A stretch of 43,421 nt of DNA from a virus: positions 1-43,421 of IMG/VR virus record IMGVR_UViG_3300045988_024923, one strand, 5' to 3'. The notes under the pieces are model-generated. The model made no database searches. It saw only the letters and a list, made by a program, of their open reading frames with translations, and was not told the DNA's origin. A program made the position numbers and the translations under genes. Below are positions 8,926 through 19,200 of the stretch, piece after piece (the stretch's first letter is position 1; each line of letters starts with the position of its first letter).

Positions 8926-9767
8926 TGGGCAGAGTGATTATGAGCGGCATTGTGCCGACACTGAAAGCGCCGGGGCATGTTGACCCGGTGCTGAACAACA
9001 ACAGCTGGGAAACCATCAGCAAAATCAGTCAGGCAGGCTTGGCGGCGCAGTACTGGAACGTGGGCGACACAAAGGACATTGTGATTAACGGCACGGTGGG
9101 AGCCACGACCTTTACCAACGTGACGGTGCAGGCGTTCATCATCGGCATCGACCACAACGCTGCCAGAGAGGGCGAACACCTGATTCATTTCCAGATCGGC
9201 AAGATTGGCGGGAAACGGGTGGGCCTGGTAGATGCGTATTATGGTGAAGTTGCCAGTAGCAAGAACGGAGCCTTCATAATGAAGAAAACGAACTCGAATG
9301 ATGGAGGATGGGATGGCAGCTACTTAATAAAGACCGTGCTGGGCAGCAACAGCACCAGCGCCACCAGCCCTACAGCCAATACTCTGCTGGCGGCGCTACC
9401 TGAGGACCTTCGGTCGGTAATGAAAGCGGCTACCAAATACAGCGATAATCACGGCGGTGGAAGCGACACCGCAAGCTATGTCACCGCTACCAAGGAGTTC
9501 CTGCCCCTACTGTCAGAGTTTGAATACTTCGGAGCCAGACACCACGCCAACAGCGCAGAGCAGAATTACCAGGCCCAGTATGACTATTACAAGGGCCACA
9601 GCACGATCCATTATCAGCACAGCGCCATCGACACGGCGGCGGACGTGTGGTGCCGTTCTTCCAAGATTGGTAATAACAACTGCTTCACTATTGTCGCCAA
9701 CAACGGAGCTAGCTCCTATGCCTCTGCCCGTGCTTCTTTTGCGCTGGCCCCCTGCTTTTTTGTCTAA
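8925..9767 (+). CDS. Second DUF6273-like fibre-head protein
   Basis: ATG 8925 (TAATG overlap, RBS AAGGGGGCGG). The N-terminus MGRVIMSG..TLKAP parallels the 7728 gene. C-terminus WCRSS...FALAPCFFV. Confidence 0.6.
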   Translation: MGRVIMSGIVPTLKAPGHVDPVLNNNSWETISKISQAGLAAQYWNVGDTKDIVINGTVGATTFTNVTVQAFIIGIDHNAAREGEHLIHFQIGKIGGKRVGLVDAYYGEVASSKNGAFIMKKTNSNDGGWDGSYLIKTVLGSNSTSATSPTANTLLAALPEDLRSVMKAATKYSDNHGGGSDTASYVTATKEFLPLLSEFEYFGARHHANSAEQNYQAQYDYYKGHSTIHYQHSAIDTAADVWCRSSKIGNNNCFTIVANNGASSYASARASFALAPCFFV

Positions 9768-9777
9768 GGAGGATTCT

Positions 9778-9915
9778 ATGTACCAAATTACAATCCCGCA
9801 AGGGGAAACTTATCTGACCGAAAAGGCCAACTACATCCGCAAGCACCCATCCGGGGTCTATCTGCTGACGGACGCAGGGAGAGCGGAGGACGTGGCGTTC
9901 GGCTTCTGCGTTTAA
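9778..9915 (+). CDS. Small hypothetical protein (45 aa)
   Basis: Strong RBS AAGGAGG 6 nt upstream of the ATG. Confidence 0.5.
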   Translation: MYQITIPQGETYLTEKANYIRKHPSGVYLLTDAGRAEDVAFGFCV

Positions 9916-9940
9916 AAAGCCGGAGGGTCAGTCCTCCGGC
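9911..9940 (-). terminator. Rho-independent terminator of the minus-strand micro-gene
   Basis: Stem GCCGGAGG/CCTCCGGC (9919-9926/9933-9940). On the minus strand it is followed by TTTTTAAA. Confidence 0.6.
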
Positions 9941-10068
9941 AGATCCCACAGGGCTTCCGACGCGGCTTGCTGGGCGAGAATCTTGCGCTTGAGTTCGTCC
10001 AGCTCATCGAGCAGCTCTACGGTCATGTAGTAGAGTTCCTCGTAGGCTTGGCGCTGTGCTTCGGTCAT
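9928..10068 (-). CDS. Minus-strand micro-gene, 46-aa acidic helical peptide (MTEAQRQAYEELYYMTVELLDELDELKRKILAQQAASEALWDLPED)
   Basis: Not in the ORF track (under 60 aa). RBS AAGGAGGTG 6 nt upstream of ATG 10068. The stop lies in the terminator loop. Confidence 0.55.
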   Translation of the reverse strand: MTEAQRQAYEELYYMTVELLDELDELKRKILAQQAASEALWDLPED

Positions 10069-10090
10069 GTTGACCACCTCCTTTGAGTGG

Positions 10091-10099
10091 ATGATACCA
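10091..10099 (-). promoter_or_regulatory. Possible extended -10 (TGgTATCAT) for the micro-gene
   Basis: Read on the minus strand. No good -35 element was found. Confidence 0.3.
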
Positions 10100-10191
10100 C
10101 AGAGGCCGTGTCGAAACGCGTCGGAATGCGGCGCAACAACAAATTAAACCCGGTTGGAAAGTCAACCGAAAAAATGAAAGGGGTATACATT

Positions 10192-10512
10192 ATGGAAAAG
10201 AAGTTTGCTGAGATCATCAACGAGGGCAAGAAGCAGGGCGCACCCGTGGAGGCTATCAACGCTGAACTGAAGGCTGCCGGGGCCAACTTCCACCTGAATC
10301 CCGACGGCTCCGTGGCCGGTTGGACGGAACAGGAGATGAACGAGGGCTTCACCCCCGCAACGGATGAAGCCAAGGACGTTGTGCACCTCCACGACTACAT
10401 GAGATACAGCAATGCTAATGCGGGTAAGACCATCCGTGTCAGGGTCCCGGAGGGCACCTATGATGTTACGTGGGACGAGGGCGGTCATCCTGAGAAGGCC
10501 GTGCGGGTGTGA
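10192..10512 (+). CDS. Hypothetical protein preceding the holin
   Basis: ATG 10192 follows GAAAGGGG; 106 aa. Confidence 0.55.
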   Translation: MEKKFAEIINEGKKQGAPVEAINAELKAAGANFHLNPDGSVAGWTEQEMNEGFTPATDEAKDVVHLHDYMRYSNANAGKTIRVRVPEGTYDVTWDEGGHPEKAVRV

Positions 10513-10532
10513 CCACCGAAAGGAGGGACACT

Positions 10533-10988
10533 ATGAACGCAGTACATATTAAAAATCTGATTCTGGCGGCGCTGGCAACCACCGGCTCCGTGATTGCACA
10601 GGCACTGGGGGGATGGGACATGGCGCTGAAAGTGCTGATCTGCTTTATGGTGCTGGACTACGCCACGGGCTGGCTGGTGGCAGCGATCTGGCACAAGTCC
10701 GGGAAGAGCAGCACCGGGGCGCTGAGTTCCGACGCCGGGTTCAAGGGGCTGGCTAAGAAGTGCGTCATGCTGGCGCTGGTATGGATGGGGGCATTATTGG
10801 ATCAGGCCACATCCAGCGATTTTGTACGGGACGCTGTGTGTATGTTTTTCATCGCCAACGAGGGGTTGTCGATTTTGGAGAATACGGCAGTAATGGGGGT
10901 CCCCTACCCCGCATTTGTTAAAAACATGCTGGATGCCATCCGTCAGGCCAGCGATCAGGGGAAACAGAATTCGGAGGCTCACACATGA
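10533..10988 (+). CDS. Holin (phage_holin_4_1 / toxin-secretion-lysis holin type)
   Basis: RBS AGGAGGG. Multiple TM segments. Motifs VLDYATGW, GFKGLAKK, ANEGLSILEN. Confidence 0.85.
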   Translation: MNAVHIKNLILAALATTGSVIAQALGGWDMALKVLICFMVLDYATGWLVAAIWHKSGKSSTGALSSDAGFKGLAKKCVMLALVWMGALLDQATSSDFVRDAVCMFFIANEGLSILENTAVMGVPYPAFVKNMLDAIRQASDQGKQNSEAHT

Positions 10989-12007
10989 GCACGAGAGCGG
11001 GCACCGTCCCGCTCTCCGATCTCCAATTCATCAAGATCTATTTCAATCGGAAGCGTCTCCGCTCCACTCCGGTCAACCTGCGGAAAATGCTGGCGGAGAC
11101 GGGCGGGGACGCTATCTGCAACGGCTCCATTTTTCTGCGTGGCCTGACCCCCGCCTGTCATTTGAAAGCAGACGGCAAGGTTTACAAAGCCCCAAACTAC
11201 CGGGCGTGGGCCATCAGCTGGAACACCCCGGCGGACTTCGGCGTGAAAACCGTGCCCAACGGGGACGCGAACTATATGGAGTGCGTCCACCTCATCATCG
11301 GCGGGAAGAAGATCAACCCCATCCACTGCGGAGCGGATATGCGCTACCGTGCGCCCCGGACGGCCATCGGCACCAAGGATGGCCGGTTCGCCTACTACGT
11401 GAGTAAGGCCCGGCGGACACCGGAACAGCTCCGGGACCTGTTGGCCGCGTCCGGCTGGTACAATGCCATTATGATGGACGGCGGCGGGTCTACCTGCTTC
11501 ATGGACAAGGACGGCAGGGGCTTTACCGGGGACGGGCGGGTGATCCCGTTCTTCCTCGTGTGGAAGTACAAGAGCGCAGACAATGAGCCGGAAGGAGAGA
11601 AACCTATGGTAGAGATCAACGCCTATTCCAAGGCGGCGGACGGCGGCAAGAAGCTGTCCACCCATTTTAAAGTGAAAGAATTTGCCTGCAAGGATGGCTC
11701 TGACGCCGTGCTGGTAGCCCCCCGGCTGGTGATGGTTTTGCAGAGCATCCGCAGTCACTTCGGCACGGCTGTGACCATCAACAGCGGGTATCGGACGCCG
11801 CAGTACAATACCAAGGTCGGCGGCGTGGCCCACAGCCAGCACTGCTATGGCACGGCGGCGGACATCACCGTGCGAGGGCAGAAGCCGGCAGCGGTAGCGG
11901 CCTACGTAAGAGAACTCATGCCAGACTGGGGCGGTGTGGGCGTATACGCCGGACAGGGTTTTACCCACATTGATGTGAGAGAGGCCCGGGCAGACTGGAA
12001 CGGATAA
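10985..12007 (+). CDS. Endolysin: N-terminal phosphodiester-glycosidase-like (NAGPA/DUF2233-type) domain plus C-terminal M15 zinc peptidase
   Basis: ATGA overlap with the holin. N-terminal motifs RTAIGTKDGRF and MDGGGST. C-terminal motifs SGYRTPQYN, HSQHCYGTAADI and HIDVR. Confidence 0.8.
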   Translation: MSTRAGTVPLSDLQFIKIYFNRKRLRSTPVNLRKMLAETGGDAICNGSIFLRGLTPACHLKADGKVYKAPNYRAWAISWNTPADFGVKTVPNGDANYMECVHLIIGGKKINPIHCGADMRYRAPRTAIGTKDGRFAYYVSKARRTPEQLRDLLAASGWYNAIMMDGGGSTCFMDKDGRGFTGDGRVIPFFLVWKYKSADNEPEGEKPMVEINAYSKAADGGKKLSTHFKVKEFACKDGSDAVLVAPRLVMVLQSIRSHFGTAVTINSGYRTPQYNTKVGGVAHSQHCYGTAADITVRGQKPAAVAAYVRELMPDWGGVGVYAGQGFTHIDVREARADWNG

Positions 12008-12016
12008 GGAGACACT

Positions 12017-12379
12017 ATGAACAAAACCATTTCAGAGGTCATCGCCCAGACGCAGGCGGTACGGCCTGACCTCTACACGGATGAACAAATCACCGGCTGG
12101 CTTTCTGAATTGGACGGGCAGATGAGCGTGGAACTGCTGAAAACGGACCCGGTATCCTATTCGTGGCCGGAGGACGCCGGAACGGAGCTGCTGGTGCCCC
12201 ATCCGTATGACCGCCTGTATCACCTGTATGTGATCGCTATGATCGATCTGTACAATCGGGAAACAGAACTGTACACCAATGACATGGCCGTGTTCAACAG
12301 CGCTATGCAGGAATACCGGAGCTATTACCGGCGGACGAACCGACCGGCAGCGGACGGGAATTGGTTCAAGACCATGTAA
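12017..12379 (+). CDS. Putative head-tail adaptor-like protein
   Basis: Position and size only (120 aa). Confidence 0.35.
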   Translation: MNKTISEVIAQTQAVRPDLYTDEQITGWLSELDGQMSVELLKTDPVSYSWPEDAGTELLVPHPYDRLYHLYVIAMIDLYNRETELYTNDMAVFNSAMQEYRSYYRRTNRPAADGNWFKTM

Positions 12380-12388
12380 GGAGGGGCT

Positions 12389-13912
12389 ATGTATCTTCCA
12401 AGTCTGAAATACGCAGAGCAGAAAACGAAACAGCAGATCGTAGAGTTTTTGGGGATCAATTTCTCCGACAACTTTACGGACGGGAATTTTTCTGCCTGCC
12501 GGAACCTCTCTACCCGCAGGTATCCCTATCTGTCTACACGGCTGCGGCGGCTGCCGGTGGGGGACTATGTGGCCCCCACCGCCGTGACCGCATGGAATAA
12601 GCTGGTGGTGGTGGACGGCACGAGCCTGATCTATGACGGAAAGTCGGTTGGGACAGTGACGGCAGGGGAAAAGCAGTTTGCCGTGGTCAACACAAAGCTA
12701 GTGATCTGGCCGGACAAGAAATATCTGGACCTGAATACGTCCACGCTGCACGAGCTGGGAGCCAGTGCAGAAAAGGCCAACGCCGTTGTGACCACCGACA
12801 GCATCACCATGACGGGGGCAGGGCTTTCCTCCAAATTCTCTGCCGGGGACGGGATCACGATCTCCGGCTGCACAACAAAAAAGGAGAACAACAAGGATAT
12901 CGTCATCAAAGCCGTGGATGGAGATAAACTGACATTCTCCGCAAACGCGCTGGTGGCTTGCACGGAAGCGGGCACCATGAAAATCGAGCGGAAGATCCCG
13001 GATCTGGATTTCATATGCGAAAGTGAGAACCGGCTTTGGGGCGTGAGCAACGCCAACAAGACCATTTACGCGTCCTCTTTGGGCGATCCGAAAAACTTTT
13101 TCGTGTATCAGGGGATCTCCACGGATTCCTACGCACTGGCGGTTGGCTCTGCCGGGAATTTTACCGGGTGCTGCAAGCTAAGTTCCTCCGTGCTTTTCTG
13201 GAAGGAAAATCTGCTGCACAAGATTCTGGGCAGCTACCCTGCGGAATACGCCCTCTACACCTCGGACATTACCGGGGTACAGGAGGGAAGCTTCAAGAGT
13301 ATGCAGGTCATCAATGACGTTCTCTTTTACAAGGGGCCGGACGGCGTGTATGCCTATTCCGGCGGTACGCCGTCTCTGGTGTCGCAGGCGTTCGGAGCCA
13401 AGCGGTTTACGGATGCCGTCAGCGGGACGGACGGTAAGAATTACTATATGTCCGCCAAAAGCGGCGGCGTGTGGCACCTTCTGGTGTATGACACCCAGCA
13501 GGGAGTATGGCTGGAAGAGGATGACACGGAGGCGCTGGATTTCTGCCGGTACAACAGCTTCCTTTATATGCTGTCCTCCGACGGGTCTCTGTGGTCGCTG
13601 GATGCGGACACGGGCAGCGAGGTCATTGACTGGAGCGCCACGTTTACGCCCTTCTACGAGACCATGGAGGGGAAGAAGGTGTATTCCTCCCTGTATCTCC
13701 GGTTTGAGCTGGGAGAGAAAGCGTGGATGCAGGCGGAGGTACGGTGCGACAACGGGAAATGGGAGAAGATTGGGAGCCTTCACGGCAAAGGCCCGCAGCT
13801 GCTTCCGGTACGGCCAAGACGGTGCGACAAATACGAGGTACGGCTGTCCGGGCAGGGCGCGTGCGCGATCCTTGGCATGATCCGGCGGTTCCGGGTGGGT
13901 TCGGAGGTGTAG
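12389..13912 (+). CDS. Putative tail hub/nozzle structural protein
   Basis: RBS AAGGAGGGG, 507 aa, beta-rich composition. Assigned from gene order. Confidence 0.4.
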   Translation: MYLPSLKYAEQKTKQQIVEFLGINFSDNFTDGNFSACRNLSTRRYPYLSTRLRRLPVGDYVAPTAVTAWNKLVVVDGTSLIYDGKSVGTVTAGEKQFAVVNTKLVIWPDKKYLDLNTSTLHELGASAEKANAVVTTDSITMTGAGLSSKFSAGDGITISGCTTKKENNKDIVIKAVDGDKLTFSANALVACTEAGTMKIERKIPDLDFICESENRLWGVSNANKTIYASSLGDPKNFFVYQGISTDSYALAVGSAGNFTGCCKLSSSVLFWKENLLHKILGSYPAEYALYTSDITGVQEGSFKSMQVINDVLFYKGPDGVYAYSGGTPSLVSQAFGAKRFTDAVSGTDGKNYYMSAKSGGVWHLLVYDTQQGVWLEEDDTEALDFCRYNSFLYMLSSDGSLWSLDADTGSEVIDWSATFTPFYETMEGKKVYSSLYLRFELGEKAWMQAEVRCDNGKWEKIGSLHGKGPQLLPVRPRRCDKYEVRLSGQGACAILGMIRRFRVGSEV

Positions 13913-13913
13913 C

Positions 13914-14333
13914 ATGGCGATTTTTGACAAGGAATTGAACCATCTGGACCCGCAGGACGTTGCCGGGAGCCTGCGGACGCTGGAAAACTACATCTCCTAT
14001 ATGCGGGAGCGGCTGGAGTTTAACAATTCCAATCTTACCCGCACTCTGTCTTCGGCGGGAACCAGTACGGCGGAAATGGTGCTGATCGTGGCGGCGCTGC
14101 AGAACAACGTACAGGCCATGCAGTCCAGCGTCACGGCGATGCAGGGGCAGATCACCACCTTGGAGGCAACGGTTTCCGGGCTGAATAACAGCATACAGAC
14201 ATTGAGCCAGAACGTGACGGCGCTGCAAGCCTCTGTGGGCACTCTGCAATCGGACGTCGCTACGCTTAAAACCACCGTGCAGAACATCGACAAGCGCGTC
14301 ACAGCGCTGGAAGCAAAAGGAGGGACCACCTGA
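13914..14333 (+). CDS. Coiled-coil tail needle/plug-like protein
   Basis: 139 aa with long LQxxVxxLQ-type heptad repeats. By gene order it is analogous to the P22 gp26 position. Confidence 0.4.
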   Translation: MAIFDKELNHLDPQDVAGSLRTLENYISYMRERLEFNNSNLTRTLSSAGTSTAEMVLIVAALQNNVQAMQSSVTAMQGQITTLEATVSGLNNSIQTLSQNVTALQASVGTLQSDVATLKTTVQNIDKRVTALEAKGGTT

Positions 14334-16189
14334 TGGCAGGATATTATGACAAAAACAAAGACTACTCCAAGGAATTGCAGCGGACGGACCTTTCTTCTTC
14401 GGAACGGGCACAGTTGACACAGGAGCGGCAGAACAAGATCAATGACCGCTACGGCGGCAAGGAACCGAATATGACCGGCTCCAACAAGACATACAGCCAG
14501 ACCTACGGCGGTTCTTCCGGCGGCAGTTCCAAGGGCAGCTACAACGGAATTGAGTATGACCGCAGCAACAACGGCGGCGGCATTTACGGCGTACCGACCA
14601 GCAATTCTCAGCAAAAGAATTACAAGCAGGGCGGCGTGACCTATCAGGTAGGCGCGGACATGAGCAGACGCCCTGATCTGGCTGGCGGGTATGCGGTGTC
14701 CAACGGATATACCGTGTTCTACGACAATAACGGTTATGCCTATAAGGCATCCAAAGGAACAGTGGATTATACGCCACATCAGGATATCAACGCTGGGAAC
14801 GGCAGCTATAACAAAAGCGGGGCATGGACGGACAACGAGATGCTTTCCGCCGCAGATAAGCAGAAGATCGCAGACATTCGGGCGCAGATGCAGGCGGGGA
14901 AAATCACCGGGGACCAGGCCAACCAGGCGGCAAACGCTATCCGGGCTGGTTACGGCTACAGCATCGACAAAAACGGCTATGTGACCGACAACGGAGCGTT
15001 ATCCCGCGTGAATGACAGGCGGGCGCAGTTAGGGCTTTCCACCAACCCGGAGGACGCTTCGACAGGGTATTACCGCTATCTGATGGGTACGGACACATCC
15101 CCGCTGGCGCAGGCAGCGGGACTGGTGAAGTCTTACGACGAGTTTAACGGCACATACACCCCCACAGACGTTTTGCAGGGGCTGGTCAACAACGGGTTCA
15201 ACACCAGCGACGCCGGGAGGCCGAGCTTTGACTATACCTACGATCCCGAAATGCGGGCGCTGATTGACCAGATTCTCAACAGCAATCTGGCGGACTGGAA
15301 ACAGGGAGATCAGTATGCTGCCCTGAAAGACCAGTACGCCGCCAACGGCGAGATGGGCATGAACGATCTGCTGGGGCAGGTGTCCTCCCGCACCGGCGGT
15401 CTGGCTTCCTCCTACGCGGCCAGTGTTGCCAATCAGGAATACAACGACTGGATGAGCAAGCTGGAGCAGGCGGCGCAAGAAATGTACCAGCAGGACCGCA
15501 GCGACAAGCTGAACAATCTGGGTGTTCTGAACGACGCTTACAACCGGGAGTACGGCGAGTACGGAGACAAGCTGAACCAGTGGAACACGGACCGGAATTT
15601 TGCCTATCAGCAGGCGCAGGACGCGCTTACCAACCAGTGGAAACAGAAGGAATGGGACTACAACATGTCTCAGGACGAATATAACCGGCTGGCTCAGCAG
15701 GCGGACAACCTTGCGGCCTACGGTGATTTCTCCGGCTACAAGGCGCTGGGCTACACTGACAGCCAGATTAACAAGATGCGGCAGGCGTATCAGATCACCC
15801 AGGCGGCAAAGGCGAAGAGCGGAAGCAGCGGGAGCAGTAGGAGCAGTAGGAGCAGTGGAAGCAAGAAAAGCGGGGATAGCGGCATGAAACTGAGCGTTGC
15901 AAAGGATAATGCCAAACAGGGCATTTTCACGCAGGAAGTGCTGGATGCGTTCCATAAAAACGGGTATAGCGACGACTATCTGGAAAGCGCCTATGGCTAC
16001 AACAACCCCGCGTCTGTATCGAATTTCAACCGGGCGTACAACAGCCTGATGATTTCCCTGTCGGAGGAAAGCTCCGCCAATGCGGAAAAGAATCTGAACA
16101 AGTTTGTTGACGAGTACTGGGATTATCTCTCCGATTCCCAGAAGAAGCAGGTCACACAGCTTGCGTCCAATTACGGATTCCAGATGTAA
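14333..16189 (+). CDS. Putative internal/ejection or tail protein (N/Y/G/Q-rich, Ser-rich patch)
   Basis: 618 aa, start overlaps the upstream stop, low-complexity composition. Confidence 0.4.
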   Translation: MAGYYDKNKDYSKELQRTDLSSSERAQLTQERQNKINDRYGGKEPNMTGSNKTYSQTYGGSSGGSSKGSYNGIEYDRSNNGGGIYGVPTSNSQQKNYKQGGVTYQVGADMSRRPDLAGGYAVSNGYTVFYDNNGYAYKASKGTVDYTPHQDINAGNGSYNKSGAWTDNEMLSAADKQKIADIRAQMQAGKITGDQANQAANAIRAGYGYSIDKNGYVTDNGALSRVNDRRAQLGLSTNPEDASTGYYRYLMGTDTSPLAQAAGLVKSYDEFNGTYTPTDVLQGLVNNGFNTSDAGRPSFDYTYDPEMRALIDQILNSNLADWKQGDQYAALKDQYAANGEMGMNDLLGQVSSRTGGLASSYAASVANQEYNDWMSKLEQAAQEMYQQDRSDKLNNLGVLNDAYNREYGEYGDKLNQWNTDRNFAYQQAQDALTNQWKQKEWDYNMSQDEYNRLAQQADNLAAYGDFSGYKALGYTDSQINKMRQAYQITQAAKAKSGSSGSSRSSRSSGSKKSGDSGMKLSVAKDNAKQGIFTQEVLDAFHKNGYSDDYLESAYGYNNPASVSNFNRAYNSLMISLSEESSANAEKNLNKFVDEYWDYLSDSQKKQVTQLASNYGFQM

Positions 16190-16201
16190 GGAGGCTGACA
16201 C

Positions 16202-19200
16202 ATGGCGACAAAGCCTGTATTTCGGAAAGTCACAACTGCGGCGGAAAGCCAGAAAAAGAACAAGGAGGAGCGGGCAAATACTGCCCGTTCCTCTGATAAG
16301 CCGGTATTCAGAAAAGTAACGACTGCGTGGGGCGGGGATTTGTCTGATGTTAAGGCTCCAACCCAGACGCAAAAACCTACTGTGCGAGGCCCGGCGCGCA
16401 GCAACAGCACTACGCCCAGCCGCAAGCAGTGGAAGGCCACCAATGGCGGGAGAAAAAGCACTACGGATGCGGGGAAGAACAAACCATCTGCACAAAAAAA
16501 GTCCTTCTTTGAGATTGCCACGCAGAATAAGACTCCGGGCCGCGTTGCGGAAAATGCACAGCCCCGGCAGACTTCTTATGCTGGGCAGCTTGGACAGGTA
16601 AGTCGGAACGCGGCAGCTCCTAATAGCCGGTACGATGCCGGGAATTTGCGGACAGCCCAGAAACAGGAAGTTGCTGCGCCCAGCATCGGCAATGCCAGAA
16701 AACTCGACGAGCCGACCTTTATGGAGCGGATTGGCAAGACCGTCACGGGCGGGGCTAAGTCTTCGGCGGCGGCCTATACCAATGTGCGAGGATACATTCA
16801 GGAAGGCACGCACATGGCGCGGGATGTGGATGTGTCCGGGTGGAACCGGGACCTGAACCGCTATCAATACGAACTGAGAAACGCAGACAACGATGCAGAC
16901 AGGGCGTACTGGCAATCAGAAATCGACCGGGTGCGCCGGAATATTCAGAACGCTGGGAAAGCAACCGCCGAATCCAACGCATCCGCACAGAAAAATTACC
17001 GGCTGGCAGATGAAATTGCAGCCAATGCAGAAAAAGACCTGACCCGTGCAAAACAGGGTGCGGGGGCTGTGGGGCGGCTGCTGGTAGACGCGGGGGCGTC
17101 TATGACCCAGAGCGCCCTTGACGCAATCCCCAATCTTATTACTGGCGGCGCAACGGGCATGGTCCCGTTTGCGGCGCGGGCGTTCGGCGGAGCGGCCCAG
17201 CAGGCACGGCAGGACGGCGCTACGTGGGGACAGCAGGGCCTTTACGGCGCAGCATCTGCCGCGAAAGAGGTTTTCACCGAAAAGATGTTCAATATTGCGC
17301 TTCCTTTTGCCAAAGCATACGGCGGCGGTGCGTTGGACGATGTAGTGGAGCGCGGCATTCGCAGTGCGGTAGACAAGTTTGCCAAAACGGAAGTCGGTAA
17401 AAAGGCGCTTGGATCGGCGCTGACTTTTGGAGCCGGAGCGGTTGGCGAGGGCTTGGAGGAGTTCATCGGTGATTGGATGGAATGGCAGCTGCCCCGCATT
17501 TATGGCGGTGACGTAGCGACGGCGCAGGAAACGCTTTCCGATTCTCTGTATGACTTCCTGGTTGGAGCCACGTCCGGCGCGATGGGCGGGCTTGTCAGCC
17601 CCAATACATACCGGTACGATCTGGGCAACACACAGACCGCACAGCGTGGCGTACAGGAGCGCACAGACGTTCAGGAGGGTACACGTACCACCACCGTACA
17701 AACGAACGCACAGACCCAGCAGGAGAACGCGCAGATGGCCATTCAGGAAGCCGTTCAGCGACAGACTGCGAGTAATCCCGTTTCTGCGGAGGAACAGGTC
17801 TTGCGGCAGCGAGAAGCCGCCGTGCAGAAAACCTTTACCGGCATTGCAGACAAGCTGGGGGACAGCGGCAGGAAGGCGTTTCAGACGGCGTATCAGGGGA
17901 CGGACCGTGGTGACTACGCCGGGGAATTTCTGCGGGCGTATCACGCAGGCATGACCAACCAGAAGAACCCCAACAGCACCAGCGCGGTATCCTTTGCGGC
18001 GTATGCGGCAGGGCAGAATGACGCGGCAGCGTCTCTTGCAAGAGAGAAGCGGGCGGCGCAGTTTGCCAAGACCGCCGGAACGGACAGCGGCCTTGTGTTC
18101 GACGATTATGTTTCCCGTGAAATGGACAGTGCTGTTGCCGACGAGGTAAACACCGTGGCAAAGGCATTGGGCGTTCGGGTGCAGATGAAAGATCAGGTAC
18201 TGGGCGGGCAGGCCAACGGCCAGATCACCGGCAGCGACGTTCTGATTGCAAAGGACGCGGTGGACCCTGCTTTGCAGGTGGTCGGCCATGAGTGGACCCA
18301 CCGTGTACAGGAGTTGGCCCCGGAGCAGTACCGGGCGTTCCGGGACGCTGTTACCAGTATGCCGGACGTGCAGGAAGCGACGAACATCCTGCTTGACCAG
18401 TACAACCGGGCGGGTGTTGAAACCAGCTACGAACAGGCATTGGACGAGGCTACCGCCAACTATGCCGGTGAGATGATCGCGAACAGCGACGTGCTGGACG
18501 ATTTCATCCAGAAGCACAGCGCCGACCGGACGCTGCTGCAAAAGCTGCGGGACACCATCCATGAAATCGTGGGCAAGCTGACCGGCAGAGCCAAGCGGCA
18601 GGCCCAGACGGTGGAGGGCAAACTGCAGGCGGCATTTGAAGCGGCCAGCAAGCAGGCGGAAAGCTTGCAGAACCAGCAGACTGATGGTAGAATGCAGGAA
18701 ACGAGATATGCCGTAAAGGAGGGCATGGACGATGGACGAGAAAACGAAATTGGCAGCAGAACTGACACAGGCAGCCGAAAAGAATATGGGCAGAGCCTTG
18801 ACCGAGAAGGAAAAGGCCAAACTGGACGAGTTCGCGGAGAGTTTTCTGCTTCTGCTGGACGATACGGAGGAGTAAATCCGTCCTTTGGGGCCAAGCCGGT
18901 TCGCACTTGGGCCGAAAGGAACACAGTTGAACCGAGCAAGGGCAGTGTGGCCTACGAGGAGCAGCAGGCGGCGGTAAACTACGGCGTGCCTAGCTTTGTG
19001 GTGGCGGATGCAGCATGGGCCAAGAACAAAGGCAACACACCGGCGTTTTCCTCCGGCGGGCAAATCTTTTTCCGGGAGACATTGCCGGAACAGAACCGTG
19101 GAATGATTACGCCTCACGAAGTCACCCATGTGATGAAGCAGGTAGGCTACAAGCCCTATCTTGACTTTGTGGAGCGGACCCCAGAAATGCTGAATATGAG

